Shown piece by piece: positions 40,120-52,701 of a stretch of DNA of 64,000 nt; the first letter of the stretch is position 1; each line of letters starts with the position of its first letter. Source of the DNA: Octopus vulgaris. Lineage: Eukaryota. Below the pieces are notes generated by a model that saw only the letters and a program-made list of their open reading frames with translations, ran no database searches and was not told the DNA's origin. The stretch spans positions 51,770,001 through 51,834,000 of the forward strand of contig OX597819.1 of NCBI GenBank assembly GCA_951406725.2. The letters are read 5' to 3'. Position numbers and translations under genes: made by a program.

Positions 40120-40810
40120 TGAAGACGACTGACTGGATGGATCCTAAGAACATTCAGAACCAGAGATAAGGAAACCATGATGGTCCTCTGGCGGACATTC
40201 GTCCTCAGCCGCCTGGATTACTGCCCACAGCTATGGTCACCCACCAGTGTGAAATTAACAGAGGACCTTGAAGCAATCCAGAGAAGATTCACAAAGAAGA
40301 TCGTCTCTTTGCCACAGCTCAGCTACTGGGAAAGGTTGAAACAGCTAAGACTCTACTCCCCGGAGAGAAGACGGGAGAGGTATGCAGTAATATATATCTG
40401 GAATATTCTGGAAGGAATTGTGCCAAATTTTGGCATTGAAAGCTACACCAATCCCAGAACGGGACGACACTGCATAGTACCAAAGATCCCAGCAATGCCA
40501 TCACGCTTCAGGACCAGTTACTGCAACAGCATGAGTTTCAAAGGCCCACAGCTTTTTACTATTCTCCCAAAGAGTCTGAGGAACCTGCACAAAGTATACT
40601 TAGGGGTTTTTTAAATCAAAGCTGGACCTCTTCCTGTCGAGAGTCCTAGATGAAGCTACCTCACGGCAAGAAGTGCAAATGAGGGTAGCTATATAAAACT
40701 CCATTCTTCACCAAGTGCCACATATTAGAGGAGGCTCTTAGTAATAACAATGTAGCAAAACGGCGGTATATCAGTATGGCCGCAACTCTGAGCTGAAACT
40801 GGAGAGAAAA
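40120..40810 (+). mobile_element. CR1-group LINE 3' fragment (RT C-terminus plus 3' UTR)
   Basis: WILRTFRTRD...FVLSRLDYCPQLWSP...LEAIQRRFTKKI...LSYWERLKQLRLYSPERRRERY: the LEY...WSP..LE.VQRR.T...Y.ERL..L.L.SLE.RR.R signature of CR1. Confidence 0.9.
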
Positions 40811-40820
40811 TATATATATA

Positions 40821-41170
40821 GGCGCAGGAGTGGCTGTGTGGTAAGTAGCTTACTAACCAACCACATGGTTCCGGGTACAGTCCCACTGCGTGGCATCTTG
40901 GGCAAATGTCTTCTGCTATAAGCCTCGGGCCGACCAATGCCTTGTGAGTGGATTTGGTAGACGGAAACTGAAAGAAGCCCGTCGTATATATATATATGTA
41001 TATATATGTATGTATATGTGTGTGTGTTTGTGTGTCTGTGTTTGTCCCCCTAGCATTGCTTGACAACCGATGCTGGTGTGTTTACGTCCCTGTAACTTAG
41101 CGGTTCGGCAAAAGAGACCGATAGACTAAGTACTGGGCTTACAAAGAATAAGTCCCTGGGTCGATTTGCA
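40821..41170 (+). mobile_element. SINE family A, 3'-clipped
   Basis: Complete head at 40821; stops at gggtcgatttgc, where an inverted copy begins. Confidence 0.9.
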
Positions 41171-41172
41171 AA

Positions 41173-41350
41173 TGTTTCAGTCATTTGACTGTGCCATGCT
41201 GGAGCACCGCCTTTAGTCGAGCAAATCGACCCCAGGACTTATTCTTTGTAAGCCTAGTACTTATTCTATCAGTCACTTTTGCCGAACCGCTAAGTTACGG
41301 AGACCAGCTTCGGTTGTCAAGCGACCTTGGGGGACAAACACAGACACACA
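41173..41350 (-). mobile_element. SINE family A 3' half (split copy; 5' half at 42391-42555)
   Basis: Tail through ggggacaaacacagacac, followed by the internal microsatellite. Confidence 0.85.
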
Positions 41351-41420
<70 letters not shown>

Positions 41421-41425
<5 letters not shown>

Positions 41426-42368
41426 AAAAAGGGACAGGCAAAACATGATGTTCACAGATAACCGCCAGACTTCGTATTCGTTATCTATTCCTTCTGTTTT
41501 GCATATGTGAATTACAGGGTCTGTCATGCCCGGAGTCCAACTTTGATAGAAATAAGCATTCTTGACTGCTATTTCTATTTTTTCGGTATGCGGTCAAGCA
41601 ACCTGTTTTGCCTGTCCCTTTTTCTTATATACAATATATATACTGAACTTTACAGAAGTTCCTGCCGGTAATCGGCTATATTTACATACCGAATTCTACC
41701 AGTAAATAATTGGGTTTTTTTTAAAAGCCTTTACTCTTATCGTTATATTACTATTTGGATTTTTCACTCCCTTTGACAACCTATTTTTGTAATGCGCATG
41801 GCAGAATTTTTGGAGGGAATATTTATGAATTCAAACGTCTATGTAGATTTAGCCTTTGCTCACTCTCTTCAAATATTTTGATGTCGCATGGTCAGAAGGT
41901 TTGAGGTACGTAGCATTTGATAAATCTATGATAAATCTTTTTCAATGGAAAGCTGTGCTGAAGAAGGATGTGAAATATATATGCAATATATATGAAATAT
42001 ATTTCAAAAATATATGGAATATATATTCAATATGTTTATAATCCAGAAACATGATGTTCACAGATAACCGCCAGACTTCGTATTCGTTATCTATTCCTTC
42101 TGTTTTGCATATGTGAATTACAGGGTCTGTCATGCCCGGAGTCCAACTTTGATAGAAATAAGCATTCTTGACTGCTATTTCTATTTTTTCGGTATGCGGT
42201 CAAGCAACCTGTTTGCCTGTCCCTTTTTCTTATATACAATATATATACTGAACTTTACAGAAGTTCCTGCCGGTAATCGGCTATATTTACATACCGAATT
42301 CTACCAGTAAATAATTGGGGTTTTTTTAAAAGCCTTTATAGAAATTATTTACTCTTATCGTTATATTA
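41421..42368. mobile_element. ~950-bp insertion with ~310-bp direct repeats and a short inverted end (Penelope pLTR-like architecture)
   Basis: Direct repeats 41441-41750 and 42047-42367; 41421-41445 is the inverse of 41604-41628; (TA)n on both sides; diverged homolog at 55845-56150. Confidence 0.8.
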
Positions 42369-42390
42369 TATATATATATACATATATATA

Positions 42391-42553
42391 TACGACGGGC
42401 TTCTTTCAGTTTCCCTCTACCAAATCCACTCACAAGGCATTGGTCGGCCCGAGGCTATAGTAGAAGACACTTGCCCAAGGTGCCACGCAGAGGGACTGAA
42501 CCCGGAACCATGTAGTTGGTAAGCAACCTACTTACCACACAGCCACTCCTATG

Positions 42554-42555
<2 letters not shown>
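42391..42555 (-). mobile_element. SINE family A 5' half (split copy)
   Basis: tacgacgggcttctttcag...cacagccactcctatgcc. Confidence 0.88.
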
Positions 42556-42598
<43 letters not shown>

Positions 42599-42803
42599 AT
42601 GAGTGTGTGTTTTTGTGGCTGTAAAAGAGCAAAAGAGTAAACTACAGCTGAAAAAAGAGGGGATGGTCACGGTAGGAATTGTTTAATCATATGCACACTG
42701 GGCCAATGGTGTAGGGGGGAAAATAGCAATAATTCAACTAAAGCGCTTACTGTAACTGTAATGACAGTAACAACAACAGAAACAGCAACAAGCATTGTTT
42801 CTA

Positions 42804-42945
42804 ACATAGGTACAGAGCCTGGATATGAATGGAGATGGTTAGTCAACTGGACTGACCCCAATGCATAACTGGTACTATGTATTTTTTTGAAATTGAGAGG
42901 TTGGAAGGTAAAGTTGACCTCGTGCGGAATTTGATCGCAAAAAAC
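42804..42945 (-). mobile_element. Decayed SINE family B
   Basis: tgaccccaatgcataactggtact...aaggtaaagttgacctcg...ggaatttga. Confidence 0.65.
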
Positions 42946-43216
42946 GTAGGAGAGATTCAAGACAAACATTACTCTACGAATTGATACATCGCACTTAACA
43001 CCACTATCACCGCCACCACACCACCTCCTCCACCACCACCACAAACATCAACTACAACAACACACAAACGATTTCAAATAACAATAGATATAGCTATAAT
43101 ATCTACAATAATGATTACAACAAGATGCTATTTGTCTCCATTGAAAGTAGTTAATGACAGTTCAGATAATTCATGCATGACTGAAAAAGCAAGTGAATTG
43201 TGGATATATATACACA

Positions 43217-43261
<45 letters not shown>

Positions 43262-43308
43262 TTATATATATATGTATGTATTTATATATATTTATGCATT
43301 ATTGTGTA

Positions 43309-43341
<33 letters not shown>

Positions 43342-43457
43342 ATATATATTTTTTTTTATATATATATATAATTATATGTATATATATGTACACAAACACA
43401 TACCTATACTGTATTCATATATTCAATCATGCGCTCACATATATACGTACATATATA

Positions 43458-43780
43458 CGCGCAGGCATGGCTGTGTGGTTAAGAAGCTTGTTTTACAAAC
43501 ACTGGTTTTGGGTTCAGTCCTACCGCGCGGCACATTCGACAAGTGTCTACTACAAGTGTATACTTTCACGTGTGCGTGCGCGTGCGCATATATGTGTTTG
43601 TGTGTATGTTAGTTTGTGTATGTCAGCTTAACCTAGCGGCTGAACAAAAGATGCCGATATAATATGTGCCAGTCTTTTAAAATATATACGTACTAAAGTC
43701 GATTTATTCAAGGAAGAACCTCCCACAAAACAGTCCTCTAGCATACCACCAGCCCTCTGACAGAGAAGTAAAAAAAAATG
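43458..43780 (+). mobile_element. Decayed SINE family A
   Basis: gcaggcatggctgtgtggttaagaagc...ggttcagtcc...caagtgtct; degraded 3' half after (TG)n. Confidence 0.65.
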
Positions 43781-43782
43781 AA

Positions 43783-43835
<53 letters not shown>

Positions 43836-43924
43836 AGCAAATGGATTTTATACACAAATCTGATGAGTCGATATTTTTGCGGTATTAGCATGATAATACA
43901 GCTGCAATGTATTTTTGTCTATAT

Positions 43925-43967
<43 letters not shown>

Positions 43968-43969
<2 letters not shown>

Positions 43970-43970
43970 G

Positions 43971-44010
<40 letters not shown>

Positions 44011-44262
44011 CAAAATGGTTCTGGTGGTGGTGGTGGTGGTTCTGGTGGTGGTGGTGGTGGTGGTGGTGGTGGTGGTGGTGGTGGTGGTGGTGGTGGTAGT
44101 GTTGACGGTGGTGGTGGTAATAGTCATATATATATATATATATATAATTCAAAATGGTTCTGGTGGTGGTGGTGGTGGTGGTGGTGGTGGTGGTGGTGGT
44201 GGTGGTGGTGGTGGTGGTGGTGGTGGTGGTGGTGGTGGTAGTGTTGACGGTGGTGGTGGTGG
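43968..44262. repeat. Tandem duplication of a composite (TA)n-(GGT)n unit
   Basis: tagtca(ta)n attcaaaatggttct(ggt)n agtgttgac ggtggt occurs twice, starting at 43968 and ~44121. Confidence 0.9.
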
Positions 44263-44763
44263 TGTTGATAAGGCGTTGACGGCAAACTTTTTTTTATGGA
44301 TTGAAATATTAAAAAAAAATATATACCGCATGATTTAACACACGCGCCTTTTGGTGCAAGTAATTGGCGTTGAGTAATGTCGTGACCGCTGCTCCGACTA
44401 TCCTGACCACCACCAACGAGCAAATAAACAAAACCCGTCACAAACAACAAATAAGCATCGTCATCACGACCATCGCATTTACCATTATCTTCACTTTCCT
44501 TTCCTCTTCTTTTTGTCTGGTTTTATTTAATTTCTCTCTCTTTCTTCCTCCTCTTTTCTCTCTCTCTCTGTCTCTCTTTTATGAATGCTAACCTTTTCTC
44601 TCTTCTCTTCCTACCTCCCTCTCTCTTTCTTCCCCTTTGTATCGCTATCTGTTCAGTATTATCAATACCAAAATCACCCACCAATGCCTTAACTATCAAC
44701 AGTTTTTTTTTTTAACTTCGTTTCAATATCTTCCCTTAGTGTGATTAGAAATGTAAGTAGGTT

Positions 44764-45070
44764 GTGGAGGCACATGGCCTAGTTGTTAGAGCAGCGGACT
44801 CGCGGTCGAGGGATCGGGGGGTTCGAATCTCAGACCGGGCGATGTGTGTGTTTATGAGCGAAACACCTAAGCTCCACGCGGCTCCGGCTGAAGGTAATGG
44901 CGAACTTCTGCTGACTCTTTCGCCACAACTTTCTCTCACTCTTTCCTCCTGCATCTTGCAGCTCACCTGCGACAGACCGGCGTCCCGTCCAGGTGGGGAG
45001 CCTATACGCCAAGGAAACCGGGAAACCGGCCCTTATGAGCCAGGCATGGCTCGAGAAGGAACAAACAACA
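44764..45070 (+). mobile_element. tRNA-derived SINE family D, subfamily 2 (V-domain-like 3' half)
   Basis: A box tggcctagttg, B box ggttcgaatc; gaccggcgtcccgtccagg...gaaaccggg; homolog at 59434-59747. Confidence 0.85.
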
Positions 45071-45898
45071 AAGTAGCTAGACAGGAAACTACAATTATAC
45101 TAATATATAGTAAAGACAAATACAGCAAAGGCAGAAACAGCCGGAAACCAAGCTGATCTGCTGGTCCCGTTGCTAGAAGGTGGTAGAGGTTCGCTCCCCT
45201 GCTCGCAGTATATCGGATGCAGCTGTGCATCGTTAACCAGCTAGAGGAGATGTCCTCTTGGAGTTATAAAACTGCAGTAAATTCCGTTCGAACGGAACAG
45301 CCATGTAGAAGTGGTTATGGACATTACTTGCTTGTACAATTACTGCGTTCATCTCTTAGATTTTAAACCTAGTTTTTTTATTCTTTTTTAATAAAATAGT
45401 TGTATAAGTAATCATTCTATCAATCAGTAAAACAACACAATTAAAAGAGTGAAGAGAGAAAATAGAACGAATGAAAGACAGAAAGACAGGGGGGAAGAAT
45501 ACAAAGAAAGAATGAAATCTTTTCTTCTTCGCTGCCTATTTGCGATCATCACAACAACAGCAGCCGCGATTGAAACGAAAGTTATCGGTACAATACTTTA
45601 GATTGATAATTCAACAAAACCAACAAGCACAACAAAAACAATAAGAAAGAATATATGGAATGACAGTGAAATAATAATAATGACAATGCTAATGTAACGG
45701 TGGCAGGGGTTGACGGGTGGGTAGTCCTAGCGAGGGAAGAGGTGCAGTAAGAGGCAAGCGAGTGCAAAGAGAAATCAATGACCCTCTTGTGAAAACCAGT
45801 AGACCAATAAGATGTGAAATGGCTAAATTGAGAGATCACATGGGATGTCATCGGAATGATAGCTACTGTTGTGGAATAATAAATGTAGATAGATAGAC

Positions 45899-45951
<53 letters not shown>

Positions 45952-46030
45952 AACAGACAAATGGATAGACAGACACACAGACTAACAAATGGACAGACAG
46001 ACGGACAGGCAGGTAGACAGACAGACGGAC

Positions 46031-46097
<67 letters not shown>

Positions 46098-46133
46098 CGG
46101 ACGGACAAATGGATAGACAGGCAGACAGACAAT

Positions 46134-46196
<63 letters not shown>

Positions 46197-47313
46197 AAAG
46201 AAAGAGAGGTGGGGAACAAAGAGGCAGTCAAAGAGGGAATGTGGTTTGCACGGCTGGCTGGCTGGTTAGCTGGAGAGGGGTCTCTTAGATGGGTGGATTT
46301 ATAACGACTATATTTGTTAAGGTTGTTTGGGTAAATGTGTCACGCCGCTCGTGCGGAGGTTGTTGGACAAAATAAAACAGCTAGGAGTGGTGTCGTTGAG
46401 ATTGTCATGGTAGTGGGCATGGTAGCTTTTGGATGTGGTTGTTGTTGTTGCTGTAGTAGGTGGTGGTGGTGGTGGTGGTGGTGGTTTTGGTGGTGGCAGT
46501 GGTGGTGGTGGTGGTGGTGGTGGTGGTGGTTTGGGTGGTGGTTTTGGTGGTGGTGGTTTGGGTGGTGGCAGTGGTGGTGGTTTGAGTGGTGGTGGTTTTG
46601 GTTGAGGCGGTGGTGATGGTGGTGGTGGTGGTTTTGGTGATGGTGGTGGTGGTGGTGGTTTTGGTGTTGGTGGTGGTAGTAGTAGTGGTGGTGGTGGTGG
46701 TGGTGGTGGTTTTGGTGTTGGTGTTGGTAGTGGTTGTTTTGGTGGTGATGGTGGGTGGTGGCAGTGGTGGTGGTTTGGGTGGTAGTGGAGGCGGTAGCGT
46801 TCATAGTGGCGAGGGTGTTTGGCCCTTTTTTTGTTATCGCTGTTGTTAAGTGGTTGTTTCGTCCCATGTCAAATAGACCTACGATCAAAGCCTTTGACTC
46901 AAAAGCATTCCAACAGTGATCATCCCGCTCTAAGCTCTGCCTATGTGCAGTGAACCGAGAATCTACATTATCCAACGTGGCTTCCTAAAACCAGTGGAGC
47001 TGTAACTGAAAGAGTTTTGGTTGCCATTTCAAGCAGGCCTCACAACCAAATAGAGGCTTCCTTGCTAACTGATGGTGTTGTTGTTGTTGTCGTTGTTGGT
47101 GGTGGTGGTACAGCTATGGTAGTGGTGGTGTGTACTACTGATGATGATGTTGATGATGGTTGTACTGGTGGCAGTGCTGTGGCTGCGGTTGCGGCGGCTG
47201 AGGCTGCTGTTACTGATGGTAGCAACGATGACGGTGAGGTAGTGGTGGTGGTGGTGGTGGTGGTGACGACGCTGATGACGCTGATGACGACTATAATGAT
47301 GATGATGATATTC

Positions 47314-47347
<34 letters not shown>

Positions 47348-47841
47348 GGAGGAGGAGGAGGAGGAGGTTAGATGTGGTACATATTACTGATTCTAATGTT
47401 TTTCGTCTTTTGCTGCTGCTAACGATGTTGACGATATCACCATCATCATTATCACCATCATCATCCTCGCCATCATCCTTTTCATCATCATCATTATCAT
47501 CATCGTCATCATCATCATCATTATTATCATCGTCGTCATCATCATCATCTTTTCCATCATCATTATCATCGTCGTCGTCATCATCATCATCATCATCATC
47601 ACTATATACACCATCAACAACAACAACAGCACTATCACAGTCAATGACTGTGATAGCTACAGACGCCTGATAGTCTATTCTCAGTGACCACAACCATTTA
47701 AGGGATTGACGAAGTCTCTGGAGACTCATGTATGACGTCATGAGACATGATTATCACCCAGACATTAAATGTCTTGCAACAGAAATTATTTTAGTGCCTA
47801 TGTATGTGAGTGCGTGTGTAAGCGAATACACACACACACAC

Positions 47842-48140
47842 AATGGCCCAGTGGTTAGGGCAGCGGATTCGTGGTCGTAGGATCGCGGTTTCGATTCCCA
47901 GACCGGGTGCTGTGAGTGTTTATTGAATGGAAGCAGGAGGTGGTGGCGAACACTGTTGTACTCTTTCACCACAACTTTCTCTCACTCTTTTTTCCTGTTT
48001 CTGTTGTACCTGTATTTCAAAGGACCAGAGTTGTCACGCTCTGTGTCACGCTGAATCTCCCCGAGAACAACGTTAAGGGTATACGTGTATGTGGAGTGCT
48101 CGAATCAACTGGAACCCTCGTAGTCGGTTATGACGGAGTG
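47842..48140 (+). mobile_element. SINE family D, subfamily 1, internally deleted
   Basis: aatggcccagtggttagggcagcgg...tttcgattccc...gacggagtgc, homologous to 60449-60838. Confidence 0.85.
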
Positions 48141-48580
48141 CCACGACGACGATCTCACCGTTTGTTTTTACTGTTTTGTTCTCACTGTCCTGTTTTTACT
48201 GTTTTGTTCTCACTGTCCTGTTCTGTTCTTGTTACCACTTTCACCCTCAGCAAAAAACCCCAAATTTTATTTAATTTGCTTTGCGGGAAGGTCTGTTTCA
48301 ACGGAGTCGCGTATTGTCCTTGCCTTCGTAAAACGCGGAGTAGGTGAAACAGGGACAACTGAAGACGGGAAATATTCTTTTTGTTGCATATCTCGTTTCT
48401 CTGTTTGTATTTTTCGTTGTTCCAAAAGAATTTCGTTTCTCTGTTTTTGTTTTTATGTTTTCGTTTCTCATTGTGTTCAACGTTTTTTGATGTCCTGTAC
48501 CCATATATGCATCTATATATACATATATATGTAGGTATGTACATATATGTATATATGTATGCATATCTTTATATATTATT

Positions 48581-48633
<53 letters not shown>

Positions 48634-48792
48634 CACATATACACACAAGTATGTATGCATTGACATTATGACATTACTTGTATATTATAAATATATTTAC
48701 ATATACATAACTATGTATATATATATATATATACACACACTCGAATATATCAGGTGGACCAGTCTTTGGCTGAAACACATCCAAGGTATTAA

Positions 48793-48843
<51 letters not shown>

Positions 48844-48844
48844 G

Positions 48845-48894
<50 letters not shown>

Positions 48895-49557
48895 CCTTTC
48901 TGTTGAAGAACGTAAGACTTTCTCACTTCGCGCGCGTTAAACTAATACATCTTTTGTTGTTTACACACTCGTCTTCGTCTTTTGTTTTGTTTGGATGTTT
49001 TCGTAAAGTCCAACTATATATATATATTGATATTATTTGTGTATATATATATATATACATACATAAATATATATATATTGAAATTATTTGTACATGTATA
49101 TATAAATACATATATATGTATGTGTGTGTGTATAACTATATACTTACTTGTATACATACATATGTATCTATTATTAGCGTTGTTTTTTTATGCGATAATT
49201 ATTTTCCTATTTTCTACAAAAATGGCCGAGATTACTTATATTTTAAAAAATTTATTTCGAATTATCAAAATTCCTGAAAACATTATCTATATGTATATTT
49301 TTAAACATATGTATTCATCAAACATACATTTCTGATTTCCCCTGTGGTACACAGGTGGCTTACTCCATCAACTGGTTATCACACAACTTTCTTCTGTTTA
49401 TTTATTTTTTTTATTTACTCATACTGTAATTCTAGAGGAAAGAAGTACATTCAACGTTAAAAGGGAAGAGGTGTAAATTGCTGCTCTGTACGTTGAGAGT
49501 CTGGCGTCAGGTTAGTTAAACACCTTTCGAGGATGAAGATATTTTCTATGTTTATTA

Positions 49558-49932
49558 GGCGTAGGAGTGGTTGTGTGGTAAGTAGCTTGCTTACCAACCA
49601 CATGGTTCCAGGTTCATCCCACTGCGTGACACCTTGGACAAGTGTCTTCTACTATAGCATAGGACCGACCAAAGCCTTGTGAGTGGATTTGGTTGACGGA
49701 AACTGAAAGAAGCCTGTCGTATATATGTATATATATATATATACATATGTGTGTGTATATGCTTGTGTGTCTGTGTTTGTCCCACCCACCCCAACACCGC
49801 TTCACAACCGATGCTAGTGTGTTTAGAATAAGTACTAGGCTTACAAAGAATAAGTCCTGGGGTCGATTTGCTCGACTAAAGGCGGTGCTCCAGCATGGCC
49901 GCAATCAAATGACTGAAACAAGTAAAAGAGTA
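49558..49932 (+). mobile_element. SINE family A with a ~40-bp internal deletion
   Basis: Head ggcgtaggagtggttgtgtgg; tail ...ctgaaacaagtaaaagag. Confidence 0.9.
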
Positions 49933-50309
49933 TTAACAGATACACATCCAAAAGCAACAAAACCAAAAGCGAGCATTGAGAGTGAGCTTACACCCATATA
50001 TATTCGTTAGCGATAGTAACTGTTTACTCCTGAGTTTCCTGCTGTGCGCACACCAACAAACACACCCTATGCTGATCTTATGTAAGAATAAATTCGTTCT
50101 TATTGGGCTGCGAATGACGAATCTGGTGTTCGTAGTTGACGACACGAAAGAACGCAGAAACGCTTGCGTCCTTATCAACCAGTAGCAACTTCCACAGCCC
50201 ACATTGTATTCACACGTGTCGTCCAGGAGGAGATAGTTTTCCCGCGTCAGTTTCCGCAGTGGAAGATCTTCCCACGTCCGAGCATGATCGTGCGTAATAA
50301 ATACGAATT

Positions 50310-50366
<57 letters not shown>

Positions 50367-51149
50367 ATGCACACACATATATGTATGTTATGTAAGTATG
50401 GATGGATGGATGGATGGATGGAGGAGTGGACGGACGGACGGACGGATAGATCGGCGAGCAGATGGATGGATGGATAGATGGATGGTTGGATATATGTACG
50501 ATCTCTTCTGTTTTTCATTATCCAAATTCATCCTCTGACGAAGGACTTGGTTTCGCATAGGAAAGCAATACCTTGATGACAATTTTTGGCAGCTGTTAAT
50601 CAATCACATGTGTGATTTCTTTCACAGAAATATGACATAATCTACATTTTTGGTTGCATCTTGGAGCTCCAAGAGCTTCACTGTCTCTCTTTGTTTATGA
50701 AGTATTTTGTAACAATCACCGTCTCCTATATTGCAAACACATCGGCCTCTAAGTATGATGCGATGTGACGGCTACGTGTTCAAGAGAGGTTTCGCTTCAT
50801 GTGAATATTACTGTTAGCTTCAAGCCTTGGGGAAACGTACCCATGCATGCTGAGCGTTTCACGTCCAGGTCTTCTTTGAGGTGTTCTAGTTCGGTTGAGT
50901 TGGGGTTAGGTTGTATGGGAGGCCATCAGGAAGAGAGTGCTTCCAGAGGAGCTCGCTGCCGACACGTGTATATCGTTCTCTTCATATTTTAGCACTAAAT
51001 GAATGTATTTATTTTTACTGCTGCTGTATAGAAAGTGCTGTCTGAGAGAGATTAATCAACATTCGTAGGCTGTCTGCACTGATTTCAAGCATCTACATTC
51101 TTTATCCCTTCTTAGGTAAAGCCTCTCGATATCATGCATGTATGTATAT

Positions 51150-51365
51150 ATTCATTTATTGCCCACAGGGGGCTACACTCAGAGGGGTCAAACAAGGACA
51201 GACAAAGGGATTAAGTCGATTACATCGACCACAGTGCGTAACTGGTACTTATTTAATCGACCTCAAAAGGATGAAAGGCGGAATTTGAACTCAGAACGTA
51301 ACAGCAGACGAAATACCACAAAGCATTTTGCCCGGTGTGCTAACGATTCTGCCAGCTCGCCGCCC
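51150..51365 (-). mobile_element. SINE family B (tail type 1)
   Basis: tttattgcccacaggggg...aaggatgaaaggc...gccagctcgccgcc. Confidence 0.88.
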
Positions 51366-51836
51366 TATGCATGCATGCATGTATGTATGTATGTATGTAT
51401 GTATGTATGTATGTATGTATGTATGTATGTATGTATGTATGTATGTATGTATGTATGCATATAAACTCTTAACGAACATTCGCTTTGCTGAATCAACGGA
51501 GGCCATGTTGCATGAATATGAATAATAAAATATTCTGTGTTCAACATCAAGATTTTTCATAATTGTATACTTAACACGCTTGGTTGGAAAATCGGAATCT
51601 TACACACACACACACTTCACATATAAATACTCACACAAATATAGATATACACACAAATCACATCTGTATGTATGTATGTATGTACACGCATAATTATACA
51701 TGCTCATACAGTCACACATGCAATAATAAAAATACTCATGCCGGTTCACTTATATTCAAGCAAGTACTGCATTTTAAGCATGGCATACTACATACTATGA
51801 AAACAAATATTATATATATATACACATATATATATA

Positions 51837-51901
<65 letters not shown>

Positions 51902-52436
51902 TATACAAAGGGAGAGAGAGATATGAAGATATGATAGGTAGATGTTTAAATAAAGCGATACATATATTCATATACACATACATATATACATACATGCATA
52001 CATACATACATACATACAGACAGACAGACAGACACAGACACACATACATATAGAATATACAAAGTATCAGAGAGAAAAATGGGGAGAGAGATACGCCCAG
52101 TTAAATAAACACATTTATCTACGAATATTTACATCCACCAACCTACACTTAAAGAAATAATGAGTGAGAGAGAGAGAGCGAGAGAGAGAGAGAGAGCGAG
52201 AGAGAGAGAGAGAGCGAGAGAGAGAGAGAGAGCGAGAGAGAGAGAGAGAGCGAGAGAGAGAGAGAGAGCGAGAGAGAGAGAGAGAAACAAAGAAAGAAAG
52301 AGGAGAGAATGATAGTGAGAGTGAGAGAAGGAGAGAGAAGAGAGAGAGAGAGAGAGAAAGGACAGAAAAAAAGGAGCGAGAGTGAAACGAAGAAGAAAAT
52401 CGAATGAAGGAAAATAGAAAGATTGTGTGACTGTGT

Positions 52437-52475
<39 letters not shown>

Positions 52476-52649
52476 TGTGTGTATGTGTGTGACCGTGTGT
52501 GTGTGAGAGAGAGAGAGGAGAACTAGAAGGGTACGTGCGCTTGGAGGATCTGGATGACAAAATAACAACAACAACAACAAAAATAAAGATAATGATGATA
52601 ATGATTGTAATGATGATGATCATGAGTATGATAATAATAATAATAATAA

Positions 52650-52701
<52 letters not shown>

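Noticed and set aside
39735-40120. Purine-rich coding-like sequence upstream of the CR1 fragment
   Set aside because: May be another part of the LINE, but no diagnostic motif was recognised.
41470-41530. SECIS-like ATGA-N10-AA...GA on the minus strand, near an in-frame TGA
   Set aside because: Helix II pairs poorly and the ATGA is not kept in the homolog near 55935.
41441-42367. Direct repeats as true LTRs (TRIM) or a CRISPR-like array
   Set aside because: No TG...CA termini, PBS, PPT or 4-6 bp TSD; only two long repeats, in a eukaryotic context.
43855-43915. CTGATGA followed by a CAGCTG palindrome (possible hammerhead)
   Set aside because: GAAA and the cleavage triplet are not intact; too degenerate to call.
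47017-47741. Long ORFs on both strands with poly-D/S/T/M runs
   Set aside because: Built from (GAT/CAT/GGT)n trinucleotide repeats with no recognisable domain; a low-complexity exon cannot be fully excluded without RNA-seq.
48280-49015. Hairpin near 48290-48355 and a TTGAAGA-containing piece near 48900 that look like Penelope-associated remnants
   Set aside because: The core is incomplete and no second copy in the window supports boundaries.
50530-50590. CTGACGA followed by a hairpin
   Set aside because: No GAAA after the stem and no stem I pairing.
50560-51120. Possible RTE LINE 3' remnant on the minus strand
   Set aside because: Similarity too weak to support by eye.
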